A DNA stretch of 64,000 nucleotides from Vicinamibacteria bacterium (lineage in GTDB: Bacteria; Acidobacteriota; Vicinamibacteria; Vicinamibacterales; UBA8438), in contig JAJEEU010000017.1 in assembly GCA_022820825.1 (NCBI GenBank), positions 17,292 to 81,291 on the forward strand. The letters are read 5' to 3'. The notes under the pieces were generated by a model that saw nothing but the letters and a program-made list of their open reading frames with translations, was not told the origin of the DNA and ran no database searches. Below, in pieces: positions 48,165 through 57,645 of this stretch. The stretch's first letter is position 1; every line of letters starts with the position of its first letter. Made by a program: the position numbers and the translations under genes.

Positions 48165-49398
48165 GGCCGCGGCCCCGGCCCTCGACGTCGAGCGCATACG
48201 GGAAGACTTCCCGATCCTGAAGCGCCTGGTGCGCGAGCACCGGCTCGTCTACCTCGACAGCGCCGCCACGACGCAGAAGCCGCGCGCGGTGCTCGACGCC
48301 CTCGCCCGCTATTACGCGCAGGGCAACGCCAACATACACCGCGGCGTGTACGTGCTCAGCGAGGAGGCGACCGCGGCCTATGACGCGGCCCGCGTGAAGG
48401 TGCAGCGCTTCCTCAACGCCGCCGCCAGCCGCGAGATCGTCTTCACGCGCAACACCACCGAGAGCATCAACCTGGTGGCGCAGAGCTTCGGCCGGCGCAA
48501 CATCGGGCCGGGCGACGAGATCGTCATCACGCACATGGAGCACCACTCCAACATCGTGCCGTGGCAACTGCTGTGCGAGCAGGTGGGCGCGCGGCTGCGC
48601 GTGGCGCCGATCGACGACAGCGGCACGCTGCAACTCGACGCGCTGGAGGGGCTGCTGGGGCCGCGGACGCGGCTCGTCTCGGTGGTGCACCTGTCGAACT
48701 CGCTGGGGACGATCAACCCGGTGGAGGACATCGTGGCAATGGCCCGCGCGCGGGACATCCCGGTGCTCATCGACGGCTCGCAGGCGGTCTACCACATGCC
48801 CGTCGACGTGCAGGCCCTGGGCTGCGACTTCTACGTCTGCACCGGCCACAAGCTGTACGGGCCGACCGGCATCGGCGTGCTGTACGGCCGCGAGGCGCTG
48901 CTGGAGCAGATGCCGCCGTACCAGGGCGGCGGCGACATGATCCGCTCGGTGACCTTCGAGAAGACCACCTACGCGGACCTGCCGCACAAGTTCGAAGCCG
49001 GCACGCCGCACATCTCGGGCGCCGTGGGCCTGGGCGCCGCGGTCGACTACATCCAGGGCATCGGGTTCGACGCCCTCGTGCCGCACGAGGCGGATCTTCT
49101 GGAGTACGGCACGGCGGCGCTCGCCGAGGTGAAGGGGCTGCGGATCATCGGCACGGCAGCCCGCAAGGCGAGCATCCTGGCGTTCGTGATGAAGGGAGCC
49201 CATCCGCACGACGTCGGCACCATCGTCGACACCGAGGGGGTCGCCATCCGCACGGGGCACCACTGCACCCAGCCGGTCATGGACCGCTACGGCGTGCCGG
49301 CGACCGCGCGCGCCTCGGTCGCCATGTACAACACGCGCGAGGAAATCGACGCGCTGGTGCGCGCGCTGCACCGCGTGCGGGAGATGTTTCCGGTATGA
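48133..49398 (+). CDS. sufS: cysteine desulfurase SufS
   Basis: IREDFPIL, YLDSAATTQKP, TGHKLYGPTGIG (PLP Lys) and RTGHHCTQP (active-site Cys loop). The start could also be ATG 48139 or 48148. Confidence 0.9.
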   Translation: MGMALMSSPAEAAAPALDVERIREDFPILKRLVREHRLVYLDSAATTQKPRAVLDALARYYAQGNANIHRGVYVLSEEATAAYDAARVKVQRFLNAAASREIVFTRNTTESINLVAQSFGRRNIGPGDEIVITHMEHHSNIVPWQLLCEQVGARLRVAPIDDSGTLQLDALEGLLGPRTRLVSVVHLSNSLGTINPVEDIVAMARARDIPVLIDGSQAVYHMPVDVQALGCDFYVCTGHKLYGPTGIGVLYGREALLEQMPPYQGGGDMIRSVTFEKTTYADLPHKFEAGTPHISGAVGLGAAVDYIQGIGFDALVPHEADLLEYGTAALAEVKGLRIIGTAARKASILAFVMKGAHPHDVGTIVDTEGVAIRTGHHCTQPVMDRYGVPATARASVAMYNTREEIDALVRALHRVREMFPV

Positions 49399-49844
49399 GC
49401 GACCTGCGCGAGCTGTACCAGGAGGTCATCCTCGACCACAACAAGCATCCCCGCAACTTCGGCGAGATCGAGGGCGCAGACCGCCACGCCGACGGCTACA
49501 ACCCGCTGTGCGGCGACCGCCTCGCCGTCTATCTCAACCTGGACGGCGAGCGCATCACCGACGTGGCGTTTCTCGGCTCGGGCTGTGCGATCTCCAAGGC
49601 GTCGGCCTCGCTGATGACCGACGCCATCAAGGGCAGGACGGTGGCCGAGGCGCGCGCGCTGTTCGGCCGGTTCCATGCGATGATCACGGACGACGCGGAC
49701 GCGCCGCCGCCGGAGGGAGTCGGCAAGCTGGCGGTGCTGGCCGGCGTGCGCGACTACCCCACGCGCGTGAAGTGCGCCAGCCTCGCCTGGCACACGCTGC
49801 GCGCCGCGTGCGACGATCTCCACGAACCCGTCACCACCGAGTGA
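49395..49844 (+). CDS. sufU: Fe-S cluster assembly sulfur-transfer protein SufU
   Basis: From track ORF 48561..49844. MSDLRELYQEVILDHNKHPRNFG, NPLCGD, GSGCAIS and KCASLAW (Cys ligands). The ATG overlaps the sufS stop. Confidence 0.9.
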   Translation: MSDLRELYQEVILDHNKHPRNFGEIEGADRHADGYNPLCGDRLAVYLNLDGERITDVAFLGSGCAISKASASLMTDAIKGRTVAEARALFGRFHAMITDDADAPPPEGVGKLAVLAGVRDYPTRVKCASLAWHTLRAACDDLHEPVTTE

Positions 49845-49856
49845 CGCGAGGGAAGC

Positions 49857-50342
49857 ATGGGCATCCTGAACCTGAACGACGCGCCGCCGCCGGAGAAGCC
49901 GGCCGAGTCCACCCGCCCGCCCGAGCCGGCCGGTGCGGCAACCGGATCCTCGTTCGACACGAGCGCGCTGACAGCGCCCCCGCCGGTCCAGGCCGCGGCC
50001 GCCGAGAAGCCGGTGCAGGCCGACCCGCTCAAGACGCTGGAGCTGACGCCGAAGATCGTCGAGCAGCTCTCGACCGTCTATGACCCCGAGATCCCGGTCA
50101 ACATCTACGAACTCGGCCTGATCTACGACATCGCCGTGGACGGCGACGGTCTGGCGGTCATCCAGATGACGCTCACCGCGCCCGGCTGTCCCGCCGCAGT
50201 CACCCTGCCCGCCGAGGTGCAGGGCAAGGTCAAGTCCATCGAAGGCGTAAAGGACGCGCGCGTCGACATCGTCTGGGAGCCCCCCTGGGACAAGGACCGC
50301 ATGTCGGAAGCCGCCAAGCTCCAGCTCGGCATCTTCGACTGA
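49857..50342 (+). CDS. sufT: SUF-associated DUF59/MIP18 protein (SufT-like)
   Basis: Low-complexity N-terminus, then VYDPEIPVNIYELGLIY...MTLTAPGCPAA (DUF59 motif). Confidence 0.8.
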   Translation: MGILNLNDAPPPEKPAESTRPPEPAGAATGSSFDTSALTAPPPVQAAAAEKPVQADPLKTLELTPKIVEQLSTVYDPEIPVNIYELGLIYDIAVDGDGLAVIQMTLTAPGCPAAVTLPAEVQGKVKSIEGVKDARVDIVWEPPWDKDRMSEAAKLQLGIFD

Positions 50343-50424
50343 CATTGATCCACCCGGCGGATTGAGATCCTGCGCCGCCAGCCGCCGCTCCGAGCAGTCT
50401 TCGGCAGACGGAACGGGGAACCGC

Positions 50425-52806
50425 ATGGCGCAGAACCGCATCGTGAACGCGATCGAGAAGCTGCTGCAATCGATCGACCGGCCAGGTGACTTCTGCGCCC
50501 ATGGCAGGCTGCTGGCGCCCATGCCGCGGCTGGAGGTGGAGGGCGCCGGCACGCTGTCGTTCCCGGTTCCGGAGACGCAGATCAAGGACCTGATTGCGGT
50601 CGCGGAACGCGCGCCGTACGGCAGGGGATCGAGAACGCTGCTCGACACGTCGGTGCGCGACTGCTGGCAGATCGACGCCCGGCGAATGCAGCTGAGCGGC
50701 GCCGCGTGGCGGGATACGTTCCCCAGGGTGCTGGCCGCCGCGGCGGACGGTCTAGGTTGCCCCGCCGACCGGCTCGACGCGCAGCTCTACAAGCTGCTGG
50801 TCTACGAGCCGGGCGGTTTCTTTGCGCCGCACCGCGATACCGAGAAGGCCGACGGCATGGTCGCCACGCTGTCGATCTCGCTCCCGGCCTCCGGCGCCGG
50901 GGGGCAACTCGTCGTGCGCCACCACGGACGCGAGCGCATCTTCGACATGACCGCCGGCGAACCGTCCGAGTTGGCGTTCGCCGCTTTCTACGCCGACTGC
51001 GAGCACGAGGTCAGGCCGGTAACCGAAGGGCACAAGCTGTCGCTCGTGTTCAATCTGTGTCTCCGCGCCGACGACACGGATACACCCCGCACGGCCCCCG
51101 ACGATACCCAGCCGGTCGAACGACTGGCGCAGCGGCTGGCCGACTGGGAGCATGCGGCCGATGCGCCCGGGAAGCTCGCCTGGGTGCTGGAGCACGACTA
51201 CAGCGAGGCGGGTCTGTCCTTCGCCGCGCTGAAGAACCGGGACGCCGCGCTGGCGCGCATTCTCGCGGCGGCGGCCGAGCGGGCCGGGTGCGCGCTGCAA
51301 GCGGCCATCCTGCACCTCGAGGAATGGGGCGCTGTCGACTACTCGGCTGTCGGCGGAGGCTGGGGGTGGGACGAGCCCGACGACGACGACCTGGAGATGG
51401 GGGAGGTGGAAGACTACGACCAGTGGCTGGACGGTTGGGTGAGCCCAGACGGGAACCATCTGCCGTTCGGCAGGATACACCTGCCGCCCGCGGAGCTCCT
51501 GCCGCGCGGCGTGCTCGACGATGCGGAGCCGGACGAACAGCACGTTGAAGAGGCGACCGGCAACGCGGGCGCGACCATCGAACGCTCGTACCGCCGGGCG
51601 GCGCTCGTGTTGTGGCCGCGGTCGCGGACGATCGAGGTCGCGGCCTGCGGCGGCATCGACGGGGCGGTGGCCTGGGTGGCCGGAGAACTTGACGGGCGCG
51701 CCGGCGGTGCCGGCGAGCACATTCGGAAGCTCACGGCCGAGCTGATCGATATCTGGCCGCCCGCCGGCCGGCATTTCGGCGACCACGTCGACCACGACGC
51801 GCGCGGCCGCACCCGGATGCTGCGCCTCTTGCGCGAAACAGCGGACGAAACGGGTGCGCTGCGCTTCCTGCGGGAGGTGATCCCGGCCCGCTTCGACGGG
51901 AGCGAGAACGAGGCGCTCGCCGCCATACTGCACGTCGTGGGGCCGCCTGCCGCAAAGGATTTCCTGCTCGACATGGTTCGGATGCATCTCCGGCGCCGGC
52001 CGGCGGCCATGCTCGATCTCCTATGGCGCCTCGACGGGCTGCATCCGGCGACCGTGGCATCGGCCTGGCGCGGGACGCTGCGGGATGTCGTGCGCGCAAC
52101 CCTGCAGGAGCTGCCCGCCGCACTGCCGGCCGAGCCCGAACCGGAAGACGACGCCGTCGTCCCGCGCTCCCCGCGGCCGGTGCGGTTCAGCGAGGCTGCG
52201 GTCTTCCACCTGTTCGCTCTCGCCGGGCGCCGGGGGCTGGCGGACGCCGCGGCCGAGGCCGCCGGCGCCGTGGCCGCCGAGCCGCGCATCGTCACCCCGC
52301 ACCGCGCTTTGCCGGCGGCGCTCGTGAAGCTGTGCGCCGAGGAGGGCGCGGCAGGCAGTGCGGCTTATGGGCTGCTGTGGCGGCACGCAGCCGGAGCACT
52401 TCTGGCGCGCAGCGCCGAACCGCCTGCCGCGCCGGGCGACTGGATCATCGCGGCCGATATCGGCTGCCGCTGCGAGCATTGCGAGAAACTCCGTGCTTTC
52501 TGCCTTGACCCAGTTGCCCGCACGGCGCGCTTTCCGTTGCGCAAGGACCTGCGCGCCCACCTGCACCAGATCATCGACCGCCGGCGGCTCGACATCGATC
52601 ACGTTACCGAGCGCCGCGGCCGGCCGTTCACGCTCGTGTGCACCAAGAACCGCGCAAGCCACCAGCGGCGGCTGGCGGAATACGCGGAAGACATCTCGTG
52701 CATGCGCGGCTTGGTCGAGGCGGCGCCGGGTGGAGAGCGGGCCGCGCGCTGCGCAGCGGATCTCGATCGCCTGCACGCGGCGGTAGCCTCAGCCGGGCGC
52801 GGGTGA
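50425..52806 (+). CDS. large 2OG-Fe(II) oxygenase domain protein with about 550-aa helical C-terminal extension and terminal Cys cluster
   Basis: Start at MAQNRIVNAIEKLL (ATG 50425). LYKLLVYEPGGFFAPHRDTEK...ADCEHEVRPV (HxD...H facial triad). C-terminus CRCEHCEKLRAFC. Confidence 0.7.
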   Translation: MAQNRIVNAIEKLLQSIDRPGDFCAHGRLLAPMPRLEVEGAGTLSFPVPETQIKDLIAVAERAPYGRGSRTLLDTSVRDCWQIDARRMQLSGAAWRDTFPRVLAAAADGLGCPADRLDAQLYKLLVYEPGGFFAPHRDTEKADGMVATLSISLPASGAGGQLVVRHHGRERIFDMTAGEPSELAFAAFYADCEHEVRPVTEGHKLSLVFNLCLRADDTDTPRTAPDDTQPVERLAQRLADWEHAADAPGKLAWVLEHDYSEAGLSFAALKNRDAALARILAAAAERAGCALQAAILHLEEWGAVDYSAVGGGWGWDEPDDDDLEMGEVEDYDQWLDGWVSPDGNHLPFGRIHLPPAELLPRGVLDDAEPDEQHVEEATGNAGATIERSYRRAALVLWPRSRTIEVAACGGIDGAVAWVAGELDGRAGGAGEHIRKLTAELIDIWPPAGRHFGDHVDHDARGRTRMLRLLRETADETGALRFLREVIPARFDGSENEALAAILHVVGPPAAKDFLLDMVRMHLRRRPAAMLDLLWRLDGLHPATVASAWRGTLRDVVRATLQELPAALPAEPEPEDDAVVPRSPRPVRFSEAAVFHLFALAGRRGLADAAAEAAGAVAAEPRIVTPHRALPAALVKLCAEEGAAGSAAYGLLWRHAAGALLARSAEPPAAPGDWIIAADIGCRCEHCEKLRAFCLDPVARTARFPLRKDLRAHLHQIIDRRRLDIDHVTERRGRPFTLVCTKNRASHQRRLAEYAEDISCMRGLVEAAPGGERAARCAADLDRLHAAVASAGRG

Positions 52807-52958
52807 GCCGCCAGCCGATCCTCCCGGCGCTGCAGCTCTACCGGCCACTCGTCGCCCCATGTGCGTGTCGGGCGCAACATACCCCAGGAGCCTTCTCGGC
52901 ATTGAGAGCGGGCGCATCCGGCCAGGAGAACTTCGGGAAGCTGGGGATATGACCAGTA

Positions 52959-53016
52959 TTGACAGATTCGCTGGCCAGAACAACAATCTAGACAGAATGG
53001 CTGGACATCTTGACAG
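52959..53016 (+). promoter_or_regulatory. putative phd-vapC promoter with three T(T/A)GACAG repeats
   Basis: TTGACA (52959-52964), 17-nt spacer, AACAAT (52982-52987). T(T/A)GACAG occurs at 52959, 52989 and 53010. The antitoxin ATG at 52997 lies only 10 nt past the -10, so the mRNA is possibly leaderless. Confidence 0.4.
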
Positions 53017-53275
53017 TCGCGGAGCCACGTGGTCTCTGCAGGATGCCAAGAATCGTTTCAGCGCGGTCGTCGACGCGGCGCTGGCGGGGCGGCCGCAACG
53101 CGTGACCCGGCGCGGCAAGCCGGCGGTTGTAGTGCTGCGTGTGGATGACTACGAGCACCTGCGCCGCCTTCAACGCGCCAATGCGCCGACCTTCGGTGAC
53201 CTGCTGCTTGCGATTCCGCAGGATGGCGGCGAGTTCGAACGTGCCCGATTGCCGCCTCGTCCCGTGGATTTCTGA
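52997..53275 (+). CDS. Phd/YefM-type antitoxin
   Basis: MAGHLDSRGATWSLQDAKNRFSAVVDAALAGRPQRVTRRGKPAVVVLRVDDYEHL matches the Phd-family N-domain. Its stop overlaps the vapC ATG (TGATG). Confidence 0.8.
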   Translation: MAGHLDSRGATWSLQDAKNRFSAVVDAALAGRPQRVTRRGKPAVVVLRVDDYEHLRRLQRANAPTFGDLLLAIPQDGGEFERARLPPRPVDF

Positions 53276-53685
53276 TGTTCCTGATCGATACCGACGTGTT
53301 GTCGGCCCTCCGCAAACCGGAGCGCAGCCCCGCTATCGTCAGCTGGATCCGGCAGCAGCGATCGACCGACCTGCACGTGAGTGTGGTGACCGTAGGAGAA
53401 ATCGAACGGGGCATCGCCAGGCAACGAAGCCGCGACCCTGCGTTCGCGGACGTGCTCGCAGCGTGGCTGGATGCGCTGGTCGGCTTGTACAGCGAACGCA
53501 TCCTTCCGGTCGACCTGGCCGTGGCCCGGCGGTGGGGCCGTCTCTCCGGCGCCGTCGGTCATGAAGGCGCCGACCTGTTGATTGCCGCCACGGCGATCGA
53601 AAACGGCTTGACGGTGGTGACTCGGAACGTCCGGCATTTCGAGCCGGTGGGAGTCCCGGTGCTCGACCCGACGACGACAGGGTGA
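53275..53685 (+). CDS. vapC: PIN-domain toxin VapC
   Basis: 136 aa. MFLIDTDVLSALRK...SVVTVGEIERG...ADLLIAATAIENGLTVVTRNVRHF. Confidence 0.9.
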   Translation: MFLIDTDVLSALRKPERSPAIVSWIRQQRSTDLHVSVVTVGEIERGIARQRSRDPAFADVLAAWLDALVGLYSERILPVDLAVARRWGRLSGAVGHEGADLLIAATAIENGLTVVTRNVRHFEPVGVPVLDPTTTG

Positions 53686-53704
53686 CGAAACCTCCGGCGG
53701 CTGC

Positions 53705-54460
53705 TCAGAGCGGCTCGACGGTCACGTCGCTGATGACGACGGTCGAGAGCAGGCGCATGCTGGAGGCGACGTACTCCGGCGTGAGCGTGTCCACCGGCAC
53801 CTTGCCGCCGTCTACCGCGTAGTTCTCCTGGTCGGAGAAGAGCACGCCGCCGACGCGCTGGAACGACGTGGCCTTGCGGAAGCGAAGGCCGTTGTCGAAG
53901 TCGTAGCCGAACTGCTCGACGCGGCCGGTGTCGGGGTCGAACCAGAACGTGTAGGCGTCGTCGGCGTCGTTGCTGCTGCCGGGCGTGAAGGTGACCTTGA
54001 TCCGCCGCAGCTCGCGGCCGTCCCAGGTCTCGAGGCCGCGGTCCTCGAAGTGCACGTCGCCGCCCTTGAGCGTGTAGGGCAGCAGCGGGAAGAACACGCG
54101 GGCGTCGACGAAAGCCCGGGCGCGTCGCTCGGCCTCGGCGTCGAGCGGGAGCTCCTCGCCGCCGCGCCACTCGGCCACGCCGTCGTTGGTGAGTTGCACC
54201 CTGCGCTCCGGACGGTCATCACGGCCGGGATTGATGACCACGTGGTCGTACTCGCCGCCGTCGCGCGTCGCCTCGATCCGGAAGCTGCCCGACAGCGACG
54301 TGATGGTCATCGCGATCGTCGAGCTCTCGTACAGATCGCCGCCGTGGAACTCGATGGACTGCGCCACGATGTCGGGTAGATCGGCCTCCGGCGTCCCGGA
54401 GCCGCACGCGGCGGCGGTCAGGCCGAGCAGGATGGCGGGCGCGAATCGTCGCAGGCGCAT
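53705..54460 (-). CDS. lipoprotein, unknown function
   Basis: Real part of track ORF 53705..55012. MRLRRFAPAILLGLTAAACGSG (lipobox LTAAAC). Beta-rich composition. Confidence 0.65.
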   Translation of the reverse strand: MRLRRFAPAILLGLTAAACGSGTPEADLPDIVAQSIEFHGGDLYESSTIAMTITSLSGSFRIEATRDGGEYDHVVINPGRDDRPERRVQLTNDGVAEWRGGEELPLDAEAERRARAFVDARVFFPLLPYTLKGGDVHFEDRGLETWDGRELRRIKVTFTPGSSNDADDAYTFWFDPDTGRVEQFGYDFDNGLRFRKATSFQRVGGVLFSDQENYAVDGGKVPVDTLTPEYVASSMRLLSTVVISDVTVEPL

Positions 54461-54545
54461 GGTGCTCTCCTCTGCAGGTTCCTCGATGCAGTCTAGCAGG
54501 CTGCCGGCAGCGTCCGGGTTGCCGCGCGGCCTATCATGAAACGCG

Positions 54546-55292
54546 GTGGATGGCGCCATGCGACCCATTGCGCGGACGCTGACACTCGCTGTCATCATCG
54601 TCCCGACCCTGTGGCTTGCCGGGGTTGGTTCGGCAGCAGCCCAGCCGGCCGTCACCGCGTCCGACGTCGAGCGCCTCGACGACCGGCTGTTCGAGGCGGG
54701 CACCGCGATTGCGCGGCTGCGGACCGGCGACGCGGTGCTCCGCAGGGAGCTGCTGTCGGAAGTGGAGGACGTTCGCGCGGCCGTGCGCGGGCTCGACGAC
54801 CGGCTGCGCGCGGGCGAACCGGTCGCATGGGACGCGTATACCGCATTGCGCCGGCGGATTACCGAGGTCAAGCGCCGCGCGCGGAGCCACGTGACGGTCA
54901 CGGGGTCGGGGGGTGGGCCCACGGCGCGCGCGCCGTACCCTTCGGCGGCACAGCCTCCGCCGCCGGAAATCCCCGCCGGCCTCGAGCTGGAGGCGCGGCT
55001 GCTGTCCTCCATCGATCCTGAAACCGCCCGCCGCGGCGATCCGGTCGAGGCGGCGACGGTGGCGGCATACTCCGCGGGCGGCGAGGAGGTCGTACCCGCG
55101 GGGTCGCTGCTGCGTGGGACGGTTCACGTCCGGCGGCCGGAGAGCGGCCGTGCTGCCGCCGCGCCGCGCGTCACGGTCACGTTCGAGGACGTGCTGGTGG
55201 CGTTCACCACGCACCCGATAGACGCGGCGCTGACCGCACCGGTCGGCGGCCCGCTGCGGGTCGGCGCGCTCGTCCGCCTGCGCTTCGACTGA
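54546..55292 (+). CDS. secreted hypothetical protein
   Basis: 248 aa. Signal-like LTLAVIIVPTLWLAGVGSAAAQ, with a helical N-half and a beta-rich C-half. No recognised domain. Confidence 0.45.
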   Translation: MDGAMRPIARTLTLAVIIVPTLWLAGVGSAAAQPAVTASDVERLDDRLFEAGTAIARLRTGDAVLRRELLSEVEDVRAAVRGLDDRLRAGEPVAWDAYTALRRRITEVKRRARSHVTVTGSGGGPTARAPYPSAAQPPPPEIPAGLELEARLLSSIDPETARRGDPVEAATVAAYSAGGEEVVPAGSLLRGTVHVRRPESGRAAAAPRVTVTFEDVLVAFTTHPIDAALTAPVGGPLRVGALVRLRFD

Positions 55293-55310
55293 GCGCCGCG
55301 GCCAGGGCGC

Positions 55311-57632
55311 TCACGCCTGCTCGATGAGCTGACGCACGTAGGCGGCGCTGATCGGCGTCCGCCGCGGCTGCACGCCGATGGCGTCGAACACGGCCGCGGC
55401 GATGGCCGGAGCCGGAACCGTGTTGGCCGCCTCGCCGCCGCCGCCGAACCCGGCGTCGTCGCGCGAGGTCTGCACGAGCCGGATCTCGGGCATGTCGGCC
55501 ATGGTCGGGATGGGGTAGCGGCGCCAGTTGTCGCTCGTCACCTTCCCGCGGTCGAAGACGACCTCTTCCTTCAGCGCCTCGCCGAGCCCCATCATGATGC
55601 CGCCCTCCATGTTCCGCCGGAGGTGCCGCGGGTTGATGATCTTGCCCGGGTCGACGCCCAGGGTGAACCGCGTTACGCGGACCTGGCCGCTGCCCGGCGT
55701 CACCTCCACCTCGGCGATGCCGACCCAGCAGGCGCCGAAGCGCATGACCGTCGCGATGCCGCGCCCGGAGACCGGCGCCGAGCCGGTGCGCCGCGCGTGC
55801 GGGCCGGGCGAGGGACGCGGGCTCCATTCCGCCGCGGCCGCGGTCTTCTGCAGCAGGTCGGCCAGGCGCGGGAACGGCTCGTGGTCCATCCGGTACTGGA
55901 TGGGATCGGCGCCCGCGGCCGCGGCCGCCTCGTTCACCAGCGACTCCAGCGCGAAGACGTTCTGGCGGTGCCCGGGGGTGCGCATGATGTTGCCGCGCAA
56001 CCCGACGCCCGACGGCGCGTCCTGCCCGAGGCTCTGCATCGAGTACGCCCGGTGCAGTTGGTGCGGAATGGCGTACGGCGGATCGCCGCCGACGCCGCCC
56101 GGGCTGGGCTGGAAGCCGAACGACGCGGGGAAGACGAACGCCAGCGGCTGAATGGTCGGCATGCCGGCCAGCAGGGCGCCGAGCATGCGCGCGTCGTTCT
56201 GGTGGGGCGCATACCAGTCCGTCTGGATCGCGACCAGCTTGCCCTGCGCGTCGAGCCCGGCCTTCAGGTCGGCGACCCAGCCCGGTGAAGCGCCCGACCA
56301 CGCCAGGTCCTCCCGCAGGGTCCACTGCACGCGGACGGGCTTGCCGAGCAGTTGCGACAGGATGACCGCGTCCGCCTCCGCGCCGTCCCCGCCCAGCGAG
56401 GCGCGGCCGTACTGGCCCGCGCCTTCGTGCCAGCGCACGATGACCTTGTCGGTCGTCGTCTCCAGCATCATGGCGATGTGCGCCCGCAGCGCCTGCGTGT
56501 TCGCCGAATGCGTATGGACGGTAACCGTGCCGTCGGAGCCCACGTCCGCGACGGCGACGTAGGGACCGATCGGCGCATGCTTGACGTACTGCTGCGAGTA
56601 GGTCACCTCCAGCGTTCGCGCCGCGCCCGCCAGCGCCGCGCCGACCGCGTCGGCGTCGCCGGCCGCCATCGGCTCGGTGTTCGTCCGGTAGGCTGCGGTC
56701 ACGTCGTCGCTGCCCGGCAGTCCCTCCCAGCTCGACCAGCGGGTCTCCGCCTGCACGGCGCGCGCCGCCTTGACCGCCTCCCACTCGTCGGGCGAGACGA
56801 CGGCGACCAGGTTGTTCTTCGTGACGATCTGCGCGTTCGGGAATCGCGACCGGTCAAGCTCCGGAACCGAGACGAGCGTGGAGCCGAGCGTCGCCGGGCG
56901 CACCATGCGCGCGTGCAGCATGTCCGGCAGCCGCACGTCGCCGATCCAGACCGTCCTGCCGGTCACCTGGTCCGGGATGCCCGGCATCGGAAAGTCGCGG
57001 CCGATCACCTTGTAGTCGCGGACCGGCTTCAGGGCGGGGTCGCCGCTCACGTTGAGGCCGAACGCGTTGTCGATGTTGGTGCCGTCGGCGCTGACGCTGG
57101 CGAGATCGCCGGTTATCGGAATCGTGAGCTCGAGCTGCTGTCCGGCAACCAGCTCCACGTAGCTCACCCGGCCGCCGCCGCCCGACACCACGCCGTCGGT
57201 CACCGCCAGCGCCGACTCGGGCGCGCCGAGGCGTTCGGCCGCGAGGCCGAGGAGCGCCCCCCGCGTATAGGCCGCCACCTTGCGCAGGTTCTCCGCGCCG
57301 GTCAGGAAGTCGGCCGACCAGCCGCCGTCGGGCGTCTCGTCGGTATGCCCCATCACGAGCTGGATCGACTCGGGCCGCACGTCGAGCTCTTCAGCGACCA
57401 TCTGCGCGTAGTACGCGCTCATGCCCACGCCCATCTCGGCGCGGCCGGTGCGGACCACGACCGTGCCGTCGGCCCGGATCTCCAGCCACGATGCGAGCAC
57501 CGTGGGGTCGAGCGAGTTCCCGGCCGCCGCTGCCGCCGCGCCGCGCACGGCCCACGCCGGCAGGCTGAGCGTGACGATCAGCGCGCCGCCGGTCTTGACG
57601 AACGTTCGCCGGGTCAGGGTAGGACTATCCAT
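55311..57632 (-). CDS. molybdopterin-binding subunit of aldehyde oxidase/xanthine dehydrogenase family (IorB-like), Tat-exported
   Basis: 773 aa. Tat signal TRRTFVKTGGALIV. Two Ald_Xan_dh_C2-like halves. GFGGGGEAANTVPAPAIAAAVFDAIG C-terminal motif. Confidence 0.85.
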   Translation of the reverse strand: MDSPTLTRRTFVKTGGALIVTLSLPAWAVRGAAAAAAGNSLDPTVLASWLEIRADGTVVVRTGRAEMGVGMSAYYAQMVAEELDVRPESIQLVMGHTDETPDGGWSADFLTGAENLRKVAAYTRGALLGLAAERLGAPESALAVTDGVVSGGGGRVSYVELVAGQQLELTIPITGDLASVSADGTNIDNAFGLNVSGDPALKPVRDYKVIGRDFPMPGIPDQVTGRTVWIGDVRLPDMLHARMVRPATLGSTLVSVPELDRSRFPNAQIVTKNNLVAVVSPDEWEAVKAARAVQAETRWSSWEGLPGSDDVTAAYRTNTEPMAAGDADAVGAALAGAARTLEVTYSQQYVKHAPIGPYVAVADVGSDGTVTVHTHSANTQALRAHIAMMLETTTDKVIVRWHEGAGQYGRASLGGDGAEADAVILSQLLGKPVRVQWTLREDLAWSGASPGWVADLKAGLDAQGKLVAIQTDWYAPHQNDARMLGALLAGMPTIQPLAFVFPASFGFQPSPGGVGGDPPYAIPHQLHRAYSMQSLGQDAPSGVGLRGNIMRTPGHRQNVFALESLVNEAAAAAGADPIQYRMDHEPFPRLADLLQKTAAAAEWSPRPSPGPHARRTGSAPVSGRGIATVMRFGACWVGIAEVEVTPGSGQVRVTRFTLGVDPGKIINPRHLRRNMEGGIMMGLGEALKEEVVFDRGKVTSDNWRRYPIPTMADMPEIRLVQTSRDDAGFGGGGEAANTVPAPAIAAAVFDAIGVQPRRTPISAAYVRQLIEQA

Positions 57633-57645
57633 GACAGGCGCCCCT

